Assembly (NCBI GenBank): GCA_044226015.1
Contig: JBGAHS010000003.1
Location: 160,001 to 224,000 of the forward strand
DNA length: 64,000 nucleotides
From: Candidatus Obscuribacteraceae bacterium
GTDB lineage: Bacteria > Cyanobacteriota > Vampirovibrionia > Obscuribacterales > Obscuribacteraceae
Direction: 5' to 3'
Shown here piece after piece: positions 1 through 10,306 of the stretch (positions are counted from its first letter, which is position 1; each line of letters begins with the position of its first letter). The notes beneath the pieces are model-generated. The model saw only the letters and a list, made by a program, of their open reading frames with translations. It was not told the DNA's origin and ran no database searches. Both the position numbers and the translations under genes were made by a program.

Positions 1-224
1 CATAAGTTGCTTCTTCAAAAGAGGTTGATTTTGAGATAATGGTTCTTTTTTGCATTCTGAGCGGGAATGTCTCCATCGCTACTTCTCACCGTTGGAATGT
101 TTTTCCTTTTTGTGCTTTAGCTCTTCGAGCTCTTTCAGGTTCATTGTCGAAGCCTCAACCTGACGGCGACCATAAATTTGGAGAGCAGCAGAGAATCGTT
201 TAAGTGGTACTGGTTTTGTATTGC

Positions 225-1187
225 CTACGACTCAAACTTCTTCAATGCGGCCTCGGCCATGGAAATCAATTGCCTGGCGCCGTATTTTTGCTCCTCTCGC
301 CGTTGCAAGATTTGCCTGTAGCTTCTTAATTCCAGAGGACTTCTGCTGCGAGCTGGTCGGAGGAGTTCATCTATGGCTTCCTCTGATAACAGCGGCAGAT
401 TCGCTTGCCCACGATACTGCTCTATCAGCTCAAGTAGTTGCTCCTTTGTCACACATTCTTGAACCTTCAACATACAACTTCGATCGTTGCATTTCCTTTC
501 AAAATCCGATTTGTCGTAAGCATCAATCAAGTCAGTACATCGCCTTATTATTCTGTCGAGTTCAGACGCTTGAAAGGCTCTCTCATTCCTACAAGACTCC
601 GTACCTTGGCTACCTTGTCTTTGATACTCATAGTATCGATTCATCCACATTGTCGTCGACGCCAAAGTGGACACAAGCTCATGTTCCATTCTGAAAATCT
701 GCACTGCTAGTTTTGCCAATTCATCAGAGCTTTCTGCGGTAAGAGCCTCATCAATCTTCTTGAGTAGACAAAATGACTCGATAAAATCAAATCTCTTTGA
801 ATAATAATGAACACTACGCCATATACCCAACAATGTTTCAAGCGATGCCGATTCACAAGCTTCAATGAAGTCATTGGACTTCAAGTAAATCAATTTCATG
901 CGACTGAGAGTTTCAGAACTTGGCGGACTATGGCTACAGCTTTGTGTAGAAAGGGTTATCCGAGCCGCCTGCCTAATCGATTTGACCCTGAAAAGTAGCT
1001 CTCCAAGTTTATCTCCTTCACTTTCGCTGATTGTTCTGAGCTTGAGGATTTGTTCTTCGATATTGAAGGAACTGATGCAATCGAGGTCAGTCAATAGCTT
1101 GTTACCAATCCGAGCGAGCTCGGAGTCAGTCAATTGTTTGATCGTTTGCGGTTGCTGTGTTTCATTTGCTTCCAAAGGATCTTCCAT
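225..1187 (-). CDS. hypothetical protein, alpha-helical
   Basis: 320-aa ORF with ATG start; no family motif recognised. Confidence 0.65.
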   Translation of the reverse strand: MEDPLEANETQQPQTIKQLTDSELARIGNKLLTDLDCISSFNIEEQILKLRTISESEGDKLGELLFRVKSIRQAARITLSTQSCSHSPPSSETLSRMKLIYLKSNDFIEACESASLETLLGIWRSVHYYSKRFDFIESFCLLKKIDEALTAESSDELAKLAVQIFRMEHELVSTLASTTMWMNRYYEYQRQGSQGTESCRNERAFQASELDRIIRRCTDLIDAYDKSDFERKCNDRSCMLKVQECVTKEQLLELIEQYRGQANLPLLSEEAIDELLRPARSRSPLELRSYRQILQRREEQKYGARQLISMAEAALKKFES

Positions 1188-1190
1188 TGT

Positions 1191-1568
1191 CTAAAACTCA
1201 CTAGTGGTGTATGGTCCTCGGTAGCTCGTAACTACTTGCAGGATGGCGGCTGTTCTTGATACTGCCTTTCTAAAGTCAAAGGAACTCTTTACCCTAGTTG
1301 TGTTTCTAAGCAGAGTTTCGCGAGCTAGCAGAGAAGGAAGCGATACATCGGTAATCAAAAGCCATTCATCGCCAGCATGAGAGACACAACTCTTTCGTCT
1401 CGCTATGCCATCCCCAAAGTAACCTTGCAAATGCTTCAAGCTAAGCATGTTCTCTACCACTGTGACACTCTTGTCGGCAGCATGCTTTTGCATCCAGAGT
1501 GCTGCTAATATGCAAAGCCTGGTGCAGGACCAATAAATTTCCATTTGCCATTTTCGTTCTTCTTCCAT
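1191..1568 (-). CDS. hypothetical protein (uncertain)
   Basis: 125-aa ORF filling the gap between two co-oriented genes; overlaps the upstream TPR gene by 64 nt. Confidence 0.35.
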   Translation of the reverse strand: MEEERKWQMEIYWSCTRLCILAALWMQKHAADKSVTVVENMLSLKHLQGYFGDGIARRKSCVSHAGDEWLLITDVSLPSLLARETLLRNTTRVKSSFDFRKAVSRTAAILQVVTSYRGPYTTSEF

Positions 1569-2356
1569 TCTCGGAGGTCAATTGGATTAGGATGATATCT
1601 AGTTCCTGCAATTCGCCACCTTTCTCTTGCCTCCTCGTGATGACCAAGTTCTTCCAGGGCTATAGCAAGCGCTTCGTGGGTTCCGTGTCCACAGTGTTGC
1701 TCCCTGATCGACGACTCGAGCGGTGCTATCGCTTCCAGGTAGCGCTCCTCACTAACTAAGCTGATTCCTAGAATTCGGCAAGCTTCTTGGTCTAAGCCAC
1801 ACAGAATACTAATCAGTTGCTCAGCCGCTTCTTTAAAGCGGTTTTGATGAAAGAGCCTTATTCCATAAGCATACCTCAAACAGACTTCGTGCTGAGGAAA
1901 CTGGTCTAGTAACTCCCGATATAGAGCAAAGATCTGTTCTTTTGCTTCGGTGTTATTTGCTCCGTTTTCCTCGTACTCAGCTGACCAGTACGAGTTCACA
2001 AGAATGAATCGAGCAGAGAACTCGCCTCGATCCATGACGACAATCTGTTCGTACTCGCTCAGGGATTTCCAGGCATCCCCAACATCTCTATACAACTCAG
2101 CAAGAGCATACCGGTAACCAATATTTTGAGGATCTTTTTCTTTAAGTTCTAAGAATCGCGCAATGGTCCTTCTCCTTACCTCTTCGACTTCACAGTGATT
2201 TAGCAAGATCCAACCAGCTTCCTTGTCTCGAACGACAGGTTTTGGTGTAGTTAGAACTTGTATAGCTTCTTGATCCCAAATTTCATAAAAATCATCATCA
2301 TTCATTCTCATAGCGCAGTCCTCAAACGCCGAATTTATGCGCGAACAGCTGCACAC
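1505..2356 (-). CDS. tetratricopeptide-repeat protein
   Basis: TPR-like segments (YRYALAELYRDVG, YAYGIRLFHQNRFKEA, LAIALEELGHHEEA); true start probably an internal ATG. Confidence 0.7.
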   Translation of the reverse strand: MCSCSRINSAFEDCAMRMNDDDFYEIWDQEAIQVLTTPKPVVRDKEAGWILLNHCEVEEVRRRTIARFLELKEKDPQNIGYRYALAELYRDVGDAWKSLSEYEQIVVMDRGEFSARFILVNSYWSAEYEENGANNTEAKEQIFALYRELLDQFPQHEVCLRYAYGIRLFHQNRFKEAAEQLISILCGLDQEACRILGISLVSEERYLEAIAPLESSIREQHCGHGTHEALAIALEELGHHEEARERWRIAGTRYHPNPIDLREWKKNENGKWKFIGPAPGFAY

Positions 2357-2769
2357 TCGGATAAATTACTGTCGGGTATTCTCCAGCAGCTATGTATTCT
2401 GGCGGCGTAGCACTTGCGCTAATTTTCCCGGGAACGATGAGATTGCCACCAAAAATTTTGCAACCTTCGCCAATTGCAAAATACATGTGCGGCGACCATT
2501 TTGATGTGGAATCATCCACAGAGCCCCCCGACGTGTGTTCAAATGTTTCAAATTTTTCGCAGCAGAAACCGATCAACCAACAAGCAATACCTGTGGGTTG
2601 AGGACAAACATAGACTAAGTTCACCATACCCCAAGAGTGAAGACTTTTTGCTTCAAAAATGTAGGCAGTTTGCTATTGACACCAAAGCGCTGCACCAGCG
2701 TTGGCTTTTCGGAACATAAAATCTCAGCGGTGAATTTTCTGTCGGAAAACTTACGGAGCTTGCACAATC

Positions 2770-2789
2770 AAAAAGAGGTAACTCCTCTC
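2770..2789 (-). terminator. putative intrinsic terminator of the hom-thr-lysC operon
   Basis: minus strand AGAGG-agtta-CCTCT followed by a T-run, about 60 nt after the lysC stop. Confidence 0.45.
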
Positions 2790-2845
2790 AATAAATTAGA
2801 GAGTGAAAGTCCGCAAATCTCATTGCTACTTCAGTTGAAACTAGA

Positions 2846-4081
2846 TTATTCTTTGACGCCTGGCTTTTGCAATTCGAACGCATCATGGATGATTCGCGCG
2901 GCTTTTTGCGCCTGGTCTCGATTAACAACACATGTAATTTTCATTTCGCTGGAAGAAATCATCTTGATATTGATTCCATTTTTTCCCAGGGTCGAAAACA
3001 AAAGGGCGGGAATCCATGGTTGACCGCAAAGACCAGCGCCGATCAAGCTTACTTTGGCACAATCGGAGTCAGCCATAACTTCACGCGCTGAGAGTTGCGC
3101 CTTCAGAACATCCAGAATTTTGATTGTCTGCTCCAGATCAGCATCGGAAACAGTAAAGGTCATGCTGTTCAACCCAACACTCGGGTGGAACGATTGCATA
3201 ATCATATCGATTGCTATGCTCTGGTCCGCCAGCGCTTGTGTGACTTTCCCCGCTATTCCCGGTTGGTCAGGAACATCCATAATGGCAACAGAACATTGAT
3301 CTTCATCAACAGCCACACCACTAATTGATCGGAATAGTTCCATGTCTCCTCCTGCTTCGATGATAGTTCCAGTATGTTCGGGCTTAAAGGTATTGCGTAC
3401 TCGCAGTTTGACGTTGTATTGCCGAGCTAATTCCACAGAGCGCGGGTGCAAGACCTGCGCGCCCAGCCTGGCCATTTCGAGCACTTCTCCGTAAGAAATT
3501 GAAGGGAGAAGCCGAGCACCGGGTATTTTATTTGGATCAGAAGTATAGATGCCATCTACATCAGTGTAGATATCGCAATCAGCAGCGTCCAATGCGGCAG
3601 CAAGTGCAACTGCCGTGGTATCTGACCCACCTCTTCCCAGAGTGGTGATGTCACCATCGGCAGTGACTCCCTGGAAGCCCGCAACAACCAAAACATCATT
3701 ATGCTCAAAATACTCGCGCATTTTTGTACTATTAATATCAACAATGCGAGCCTTGGTGTGAACGGTTTCAGTGAAGATGCCGACCTGATTTCCAGTGAGT
3801 GATTTTGCCCTCAAACCAACATCTTTCAAAACCATACAAAGAAGTGCAATGGAAATTTGCTCACCTGTGGCAAGTAACATGTCCAGCTCTCTTTTGTCGG
3901 GCGATTCACTAGCCTGCTTTGCCAACTTCACCAGATAGTCAGTTGTGTCACCCATTGCAGAAACTACAGCGAGCACTTTTTTCGCCTTAGCTTTCTCTTT
4001 GATGATTTCAGCAACATGCTGTATACGCCCGATGTTTTTCACCGACGTTCCACCAAATTTCACTACCAAATAGGGATTCAT
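2846..4081 (-). CDS. lysC: aspartate kinase (alpha/beta type, two ACT domains)
   Basis: VVKFGGTSV, TTLGRGGSDTTAV, YTDVDGIYTSDP motifs; C-terminal ACT domains. Confidence 0.96.
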   Translation of the reverse strand: MNPYLVVKFGGTSVKNIGRIQHVAEIIKEKAKAKKVLAVVSAMGDTTDYLVKLAKQASESPDKRELDMLLATGEQISIALLCMVLKDVGLRAKSLTGNQVGIFTETVHTKARIVDINSTKMREYFEHNDVLVVAGFQGVTADGDITTLGRGGSDTTAVALAAALDAADCDIYTDVDGIYTSDPNKIPGARLLPSISYGEVLEMARLGAQVLHPRSVELARQYNVKLRVRNTFKPEHTGTIIEAGGDMELFRSISGVAVDEDQCSVAIMDVPDQPGIAGKVTQALADQSIAIDMIMQSFHPSVGLNSMTFTVSDADLEQTIKILDVLKAQLSAREVMADSDCAKVSLIGAGLCGQPWIPALLFSTLGKNGINIKMISSSEMKITCVVNRDQAQKAARIIHDAFELQKPGVKE

Positions 4082-4096
4082 TCACCACTCCAAACA

Positions 4097-5065
4097 CTAG
4101 TCAACACAGAACTTCAAGCCTTCCTGGTCTACACTGAGATCTAGCACACGCCCTCCCGGACATTTTTTCTCACTCCAGCAATTCAGAGCATCAACAATCT
4201 GCTGGCGATGACGTCGACAAACGATTGTGAGCACCGAAGGACCTGCACCACTTATAACAGTTCCTAAGGTTGGCAGCCCTGAGAGCTCGCGCTTAATGCT
4301 TTCCAACTCAGGAACGAGATGACTCCTGTAAGGCTCATGAAATTTATCATGCAGCGCTTCTTTCATTGCGGCTTCGTCGCAGTTTTGCACAGCCGCTAGA
4401 AGCAGCGAAACCTTTTGCACATTGTGCACAGCATCTGCCCTGGAATAAGTCGCTGGCAAAACGCTGCGAGACATCTTTGTGCTCAGAACAGCTGGCGGCA
4501 CAAATACAACGGTAGACCAGTCATCAGGCCAGTTCAGGCGCTGAGTATGTACACCACGTCCGTGGGTTCGATTTGCGCAGACTACAAGTCCACCCAATAA
4601 GCTTGCAGAAGCATTGTCAGCATGTCCTTCAATCTCACAAGCTTTCGCAAGTACTTCATCGTTTCCAACCTGTCCGCGAGAAATCGCGTAGGCCGCCCAA
4701 ATGGCTCCGGTAATTGCGGCAGCGCTAGAACCGAGCCCGCGCCCCAGAGGAATGTCTGATTCTATACCTATTCGCACGCGGTTTAGTAAATCTGAGTCTC
4801 CAAGAATATTATGAAGTACGGTGTAAATCAAATTGCTTTTGTCTGAACTCAAGGGCGCTACTGTTTTGCCCTTAAGCGTGATCAGAGGTTCAGCAGAATG
4901 CTTATCGGCAATTTTGAACTCTAGCGTGCAATAAAGTTGGTAAGCGAGAGCCAGCGCATCAAATCCGGGTCCAAGGTTGGCACTGCTTGCTGGCACACGC
5001 ACGGTCAGCCCGTGCAATACTTCACTAAATTCACTCCGTTTTCTGAACGCCAGCTCCGAGTTCAT
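4097..5065 (-). CDS. thrB: homoserine kinase
   Basis: VPASSANLGPGFD, PLGRGLGSSAAA (GHMP), EGHADN, SGAGPS. Confidence 0.96.
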   Translation of the reverse strand: MNSELAFRKRSEFSEVLHGLTVRVPASSANLGPGFDALALAYQLYCTLEFKIADKHSAEPLITLKGKTVAPLSSDKSNLIYTVLHNILGDSDLLNRVRIGIESDIPLGRGLGSSAAAITGAIWAAYAISRGQVGNDEVLAKACEIEGHADNASASLLGGLVVCANRTHGRGVHTQRLNWPDDWSTVVFVPPAVLSTKMSRSVLPATYSRADAVHNVQKVSLLLAAVQNCDEAAMKEALHDKFHEPYRSHLVPELESIKRELSGLPTLGTVISGAGPSVLTIVCRRHRQQIVDALNCWSEKKCPGGRVLDLSVDQEGLKFCVD

Positions 5066-6126
5066 TTCAGATTCATCGCCTCTTGCAGAGCTTCCACATT
5101 AGGCGCGACCGGCGACAATTCAACCTTACAAGTCTTGAGCGCAGAGTCAGGGTCTTTCAAACCATTCCCCGTCAAAACACAGACAACAGTCGATTTCTTG
5201 TCGATTTTTCCGTTATTGATTGATTGGATCAAACCAGCTACAGAAGCCGCACTGGCCGGTTCACAAAAGACGCCTTCGGTGCGCGCGAGCAATGAATAAG
5301 CAGAAAGAATATCTTCATCAGTTACCGCGTCAATGAACCCAGAGGAATCTTGCGCAGCTGCAGCAGCCTCTTTCCAGCTAGCCGGGTTTCCAATTCGAAT
5401 CGCCGTCGCAATAGTTTCCGGGTTCGCAATGGGATGACCTAAGACCATAGGAGCCGCACCCGCAGCCTGGAACCCACACATACGAGGCAATTTCTTATTG
5501 AAGTCAGCGTTGGCAATTTTGAAACCACGCCAATAAGCACTAATATTTCCCGCATTTCCGACCGGTATGCAGAGGCAATCAGGGGCATCACCCAGCGCTT
5601 CAACCACCTCTAAAGCTGCAGTTTTCTGCCCTTCCAGGCGGTAGGGGTTGATGGAATTCACCACCGTAAGCGGAAATTTTTCGGATAGCTGACGAACCAT
5701 GTCGAGCGCCTGGTCAAAATTGCCATCAATCTGAATGACTGCAGCCCCATAGAGTATCGCTTGGGCAAGCTTGCCCAGAGCCACCTTGCCAGCGGGAAGC
5801 AATACATAACAAGCAAGCCCGGCTTTTGCCGCGAAGGCTGCGGCTGACGCACTGGTATTACCTGTAGAGGCACAAATGACAGCCTTTGAGCCTTCTTCCA
5901 CGGCTTTGCTTATCGCCATCGTCATGCCCCGGTCTTTAAAGCTACCGGTGGGATTCAGCCCTTCAAACTTGAAGTAGATTTTCAAATCAGGAGCATGAAG
6001 CGCCTGAGGAAGATTCACAGCCTTGATCAGAGGAGTGAAGCCTTCGTTCAAAGTAACAATTGGGCTATCTTTTTCCAGAGGCAAATACTGGCGATATTTA
6101 TCAATGAGCGCCTGAGAGCTGTGCAT
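5062..6126 (-). CDS. thrC: threonine synthase
   Basis: NPTGSFKDRG PLP-lysine motif, CASTGNTS, PVGNAGN, LTGNGLKD; 4-nt overlap with thrB. Confidence 0.96.
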   Translation of the reverse strand: MHSSQALIDKYRQYLPLEKDSPIVTLNEGFTPLIKAVNLPQALHAPDLKIYFKFEGLNPTGSFKDRGMTMAISKAVEEGSKAVICASTGNTSASAAAFAAKAGLACYVLLPAGKVALGKLAQAILYGAAVIQIDGNFDQALDMVRQLSEKFPLTVVNSINPYRLEGQKTAALEVVEALGDAPDCLCIPVGNAGNISAYWRGFKIANADFNKKLPRMCGFQAAGAAPMVLGHPIANPETIATAIRIGNPASWKEAAAAAQDSSGFIDAVTDEDILSAYSLLARTEGVFCEPASAASVAGLIQSINNGKIDKKSTVVCVLTGNGLKDPDSALKTCKVELSPVAPNVEALQEAMNLK

Positions 6127-6127
6127 A

Positions 6128-7390
6128 CTAACCTCCGTAGATAGGCATACAACATGCCAGCCGCTTCAAGAATTGTCCGTTACTGAGTTCTTTAAGTGCC
6201 GCATTCATGTTCGCTTCCTTGACAGCATGAGTGATGATGATTACACACGCATGCTCATCAGCGACACCATGCTGCATAATGCTCGCAATACTGATTCCAT
6301 GATTTCCAAAAATGGTTCCGATTTTTCCAATTACACCAGGATGGTCATGGACAAACAAACGTAGATAATTAGCGCATTTCCAATCGCCAACTTCGCCCAG
6401 TTTAGCCCAATCAGGACCAATCGCAAGCTGGAAGTAACTAGCGAAATCCGGCAACTTCAGGGCAGTCGCAAGATTCACCAGGTCGCCAACAATGGCAGAA
6501 GCGGTAGGCATCTCACCTGCCCCAGGACCTATCATCATCAACTCACCCACGGCATCGCCCTTAACAACGATGCCATTGTTCGCACCAGAAACATTCGCGA
6601 GCGGATGAAGCAATGGAACCAGGGTTGGTCTCACTCGAACATCCAGATTTTCACCATTGCGAGAGGTGCAGCCCAAGAGCTTGATGCGATAACCAAATTC
6701 CGCTGCCTTCTTAAAATCTTCCGGCGCTATAGAAGTAATTCCCCGACGGTAAATGTCTTGAGGGTTTGCAAAGTGCCCGTAAGCCAAAGCAGTCAAAATT
6801 GAAAGCTTGTAAGCGACGTCATGAGCCTCAATGTCTGCCGTTGGGTCGGCTTCGGCGTATCCTAATTCTTGTGCTTTCGCCAATGCAGTTTGAAAGTCTT
6901 CACCCTTTTCTTCCATTGAAGACAGAATGAAATTGGTTGTGCCATTGAGAATACCAGTGACAGAAGAAATTTGATTAGCTTCTAGCCCTTTGTGAATGGT
7001 CGATATAAGAGGAATACCGCCCGCAACAGAAGCCTCGCAAAATATTGCCACGCCTTTGCTTGCGGCCAATTTGAAAAGTTCTGGTCCATGCTTGGCTAAA
7101 ACTTCTTTGTTTGCCGTAACTATATGTTTACGCTTTTCAATTGCACTACGCAGGAGTTCGAGTGCTGGCTGTTCGCCCCCCATGACCTCGATAATCACTT
7201 CGATTTCAGGATCGTCGACAAGTTCCATAGGATTGTTTGTCACCGAACACGGAGCCTTCACGGCTCTCTTTTTGTTGAGATCTCGAACAGCGACGCGTTT
7301 AAGCGTGATTCCCGGCGTGCCCGCTAGTAGACGGATGACACCCGTTCCAACAGTGCCAAAACCCAGCATTCCTACCACAACTTTTGCCAT
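6128..7390 (-). CDS. hom: homoserine dehydrogenase with C-terminal ACT domain
   Basis: GFGTVG Rossmann motif, VTANK, EASVAGGIP, GILNGTTNFIL, GYAEADP; ATG at 7390 preceded by GGAG. Confidence 0.96.
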   Translation of the reverse strand: MAKVVVGMLGFGTVGTGVIRLLAGTPGITLKRVAVRDLNKKRAVKAPCSVTNNPMELVDDPEIEVIIEVMGGEQPALELLRSAIEKRKHIVTANKEVLAKHGPELFKLAASKGVAIFCEASVAGGIPLISTIHKGLEANQISSVTGILNGTTNFILSSMEEKGEDFQTALAKAQELGYAEADPTADIEAHDVAYKLSILTALAYGHFANPQDIYRRGITSIAPEDFKKAAEFGYRIKLLGCTSRNGENLDVRVRPTLVPLLHPLANVSGANNGIVVKGDAVGELMMIGPGAGEMPTASAIVGDLVNLATALKLPDFASYFQLAIGPDWAKLGEVGDWKCANYLRLFVHDHPGVIGKIGTIFGNHGISIASIMQHGVADEHACVIIITHAVKEANMNAALKELSNGQFLKRLACCMPIYGG

Positions 7391-7766
7391 TTTCAACTCC
7401 AAATTTCGCTAGCAAAAATACGAACACTTTTAAAAAAGGCGGGAACATTTCCGTTCTGGAAAAGGTCGGGTGACCTGGTGGCCCGCAAAAGGGATTATCC
7501 CATAGCAGCCTGCCTCAGCAGCTAAGCTCGTGGTCAAGCGGTTACAAGAAAAGTTGTTAAGTGGATGAAGCACAGAATATTTGCCAAAACGCCCATTTTT
7601 ACTGGATGTAAATTGCTTCAAATTCAGATCTAAGTATGTTAGTTTTGCTGGAGAAGTGGAATATATGCGGTGGTGGGCTCTCCGAACTTTTTAATTGACT
7701 TTGAGATCGGCTTGAAGCATTCTTTACATCAAGGACTTTAGCGCTCCTTTACTACGCGGATTTCTG

Positions 7767-9395
7767 ATGACAGGCAACCCAATTAAAAGACTTATTTTGA
7801 CACTGGCAGCTACTGTCGGTGTCGTATCGCAAGCGCTGCCAGCTTATTCGGGACAGGCAGTTGGTATCGGAGTGGTGACTCCAATGCCCGCACCAATTCA
7901 TCGCGTTCATGTGGCGCCAAGAAAAGCAGTTCGAATTGCACCAAAGATCAAGAGAAACAAAGTAGCTGCTCCTGCAAGCAAGTCGAAAGCGACAAAAAAG
8001 GCAGCCCCAAAGAAGACAGCCCCTGCTAAGAAAGCGGTCATGCCGAGGGCTCCGCAGGAAGCCATCGTCGAACTCACTTCTAGAGTTCTGACACCGGGAG
8101 TGGTGCACAAGTGTCATCGCGGCGCACTGAACATAAACATTCTGGATGTTGATCTCAATAATCCAAACATCGAAGTCAAGCCGGTTTTAGCAGGCGAAAC
8201 CTTCAACCGACTCGATGAAGTGAAAGATCAAGCAAGTAAAGTCAACGCCATTGCTGCCATCAACGCAAACTATTTCAAGAAAGACGGAACTCCACTAGGC
8301 ACTCTGGTCATCGACGGTGAGTGGATTTCAGGACCTCTATACGATCGCATATCTTTCGGAATAACAAACAGCGGCTCAGTGCATGTCGACCGAGCCAACC
8401 TGCACGGGGTGCTGGAAACTTCCAACCCTGAACTTAAAACACTCTGGGTCAATAACATAAACCAGCCACGTCGACATGGTTGCAAAATTGTTGCCTACAC
8501 AAGACGCTGGGGCAGCCAGGTCAAAATGCCTTACGCAGGTTCACTGGTAGCAATTGATGGGCAAGGTCGCGTTGTCGACAAAGCGGCTCAGGTAATTTCG
8601 ATTCCTTACGGTGGATTTGTTCTTTCAGACACCAAATATAGTGTTATCAACAAACTTGAAAGAGGCGACCTTGTTTCACTTGATTGGCAAGAGAAGCCGG
8701 AATCATGGGCTGATGTTTTGCAAGCGGTTTCTGGCGGACCAGCCCTGATCAAGAATGGCAAGCTTTTTGTTGACTTGAAAGACGAGAATTTCAGAAAGAC
8801 CTGGACGAGCAGTTCAATTCATGCGCGCACCGCTCTTGGTGTCACAAGAAGCAACCACCTGATTTTAGCCACTATTGAAGGACCGCACACACTTTGGGAT
8901 GTTGCCAAAATGCTGCATCGCCTTGGTTGCGTCGAAGCGATGAATCTCGATGGTGGCGGCTCTACCACGATGGTCATCGGTGGACAAATCGTGACCCGCA
9001 ACAAGAATACTGCCCAAAGACGTGTCGCAGCTTCGTTGGCTATTGTGCCAAGGTCAGCCAATCGCGTTAACCTTGCAACTCGAAAAGTTGAACACTTCGA
9101 ACCTCAATCGGAAGATCTAAGTTCACTCGTGAGCAATGAGTCCGATCCACAAGTTGATATGCAAGCAGAAGGCATCGCCGACCCGCTAACAGCCCAGGCT
9201 CATGAGGCTCTTATCAACCCGAGCGCTCACAACGACTTCCTGAGCAATCAGGAGAGCATGCAAAAGCCTCAAGTTGTCGTTCAAGAAGAGCAAGAGCCTA
9301 AGAAGAAAAAAGGCAAATCTAAGTTCAGCTGGATGAAGAAGATGAAGCTCGGGGATATCCTGGAAAAGCTTCCCAGCCTTCCAAACATGTACTAG
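7767..9395 (+). CDS. exported phosphodiester glycosidase (NAGPA-like) family protein
   Basis: signal peptide, Lys/Ala-rich linker, AINANYF, ARTALG, AMNLDGGGST motifs. Confidence 0.85.
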   Translation: MTGNPIKRLILTLAATVGVVSQALPAYSGQAVGIGVVTPMPAPIHRVHVAPRKAVRIAPKIKRNKVAAPASKSKATKKAAPKKTAPAKKAVMPRAPQEAIVELTSRVLTPGVVHKCHRGALNINILDVDLNNPNIEVKPVLAGETFNRLDEVKDQASKVNAIAAINANYFKKDGTPLGTLVIDGEWISGPLYDRISFGITNSGSVHVDRANLHGVLETSNPELKTLWVNNINQPRRHGCKIVAYTRRWGSQVKMPYAGSLVAIDGQGRVVDKAAQVISIPYGGFVLSDTKYSVINKLERGDLVSLDWQEKPESWADVLQAVSGGPALIKNGKLFVDLKDENFRKTWTSSSIHARTALGVTRSNHLILATIEGPHTLWDVAKMLHRLGCVEAMNLDGGGSTTMVIGGQIVTRNKNTAQRRVAASLAIVPRSANRVNLATRKVEHFEPQSEDLSSLVSNESDPQVDMQAEGIADPLTAQAHEALINPSAHNDFLSNQESMQKPQVVVQEEQEPKKKKGKSKFSWMKKMKLGDILEKLPSLPNMY

Positions 9396-9401
9396 ATAGA
9401 T

Positions 9402-9926
9402 TCACCTATCTCGAATGTTGCTTATGGTAAGTTTGAGATCTTTCAGAAGCAGCCACATTCTTAAAGAATCAGCAGGAAATGGCTCGAAATCGAAGGCCGA
9501 GTAGAAAGATTTAGAATCTTCATTGAGAGCATCCACAATTACAGCCCTGATTGGTACTTCTTCCGAAATTGCTACGGCGCGAATCAATGCATGACGCAAG
9601 ATCCGCTCACCTAATTGCGTACCTCTAAATTTGACGTGCCTGGCCAATCTGGCTATTAAGAACACTGGAATCGGATGCTTGGCCAAACCCTTCTTAACAC
9701 GTTCTGGCGTCATATCAGTGTGCTCAACAGAGATTATGTTGAACGAGTAATAACCGACAACACTTTTTTGATCGTCATCAGTCACAACCATGGTTTTAGA
9801 GTGCCCTGCTAATTGACTTTGTAGCGCATGCTTTCTTAGCCAGTCAGCAAGTTCTTTGCCTTTATCTCCACAATCAAATTGACTCAAATCATGCTCTTTT
9901 GTGAGCAGCTTGGGTGGGGAAAACAT
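9402..9926 (-). CDS. GNAT acetyltransferase toxin (TacT/AtaT-like)
   Basis: HDLSQFDCG, PIPVFLIARLA, RGTQLG acetyl-CoA loop, VDALN..FY..FDF; 1-nt overlap with upstream antitoxin. Confidence 0.88.
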   Translation of the reverse strand: MFSPPKLLTKEHDLSQFDCGDKGKELADWLRKHALQSQLAGHSKTMVVTDDDQKSVVGYYSFNIISVEHTDMTPERVKKGLAKHPIPVFLIARLARHVKFRGTQLGERILRHALIRAVAISEEVPIRAVIVDALNEDSKSFYSAFDFEPFPADSLRMWLLLKDLKLTISNIRDR

Positions 9927-10252
9927 TATCTATAGTCGTCCCAATCATCTGATGCAGCAAGCTTCTTTTCTAACTTCGGAAGAACCTTAGCCGGTGAAGT
10001 CAACAAAGCTTCAATTTTTGCCCATTGCTCATTCGTCACTATCAACCTAGATTTTTCTTCCAAAACAGCTTTGGCTGCAACTACAGCTTGTTGCCTTATG
10101 AAGTTCGTTGGCGTGGTAGCAGTCAACTCAGCAGCTTGCTTTATCACGGCGTCTTCTTGTGGACTTAAGCGAATGTCAAACTTTTCAGTCTTTTGACCCT
10201 TCGCTGAATTCACCGCTCGGTCTTTGCGTGCACTTGTAGCCACTTCCGACAC
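9926..10252 (-). CDS. DUF1778 ribbon-helix-helix antitoxin (TacA/AtaR-like)
   Basis: IRLSPQEDAVIKQAA..TPTNFIRQQAV pattern and acidic tail; precedes the GNAT toxin. Confidence 0.85.
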   Translation of the reverse strand: MSEVATSARKDRAVNSAKGQKTEKFDIRLSPQEDAVIKQAAELTATTPTNFIRQQAVVAAKAVLEEKSRLIVTNEQWAKIEALLTSPAKVLPKLEKKLAASDDWDDYR

Positions 10253-10288
10253 TCCCCATCAAAATATACGAAGCATATCATTTCGCCA

Positions 10289-10306
10289 GGACATTGTCCA
10301 GACAAA
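10289..10306. promoter_or_regulatory. overlapping inverted repeats, candidate antitoxin operator
   Basis: GGACATTGTCC and TTGTC-CA-GACAA, about 37 nt upstream of the antitoxin start. Confidence 0.5.

Noticed and set aside
1..220. Short minus-strand frames, one with YGRRQV resembling YGARQL at the end of the 225-1187 gene
   Set aside because: Too short and at the window edge; similarity may be chance
1191..2356. Programmed frameshift joining the TPR gene and the overlapping 125-aa ORF
   Set aside because: No convincing slippery site or domain continuity seen
2322..2627. 101-aa minus-strand ORF between lysC and the TPR gene
   Set aside because: No recognisable motif and competing ORFs of similar length on the other strand
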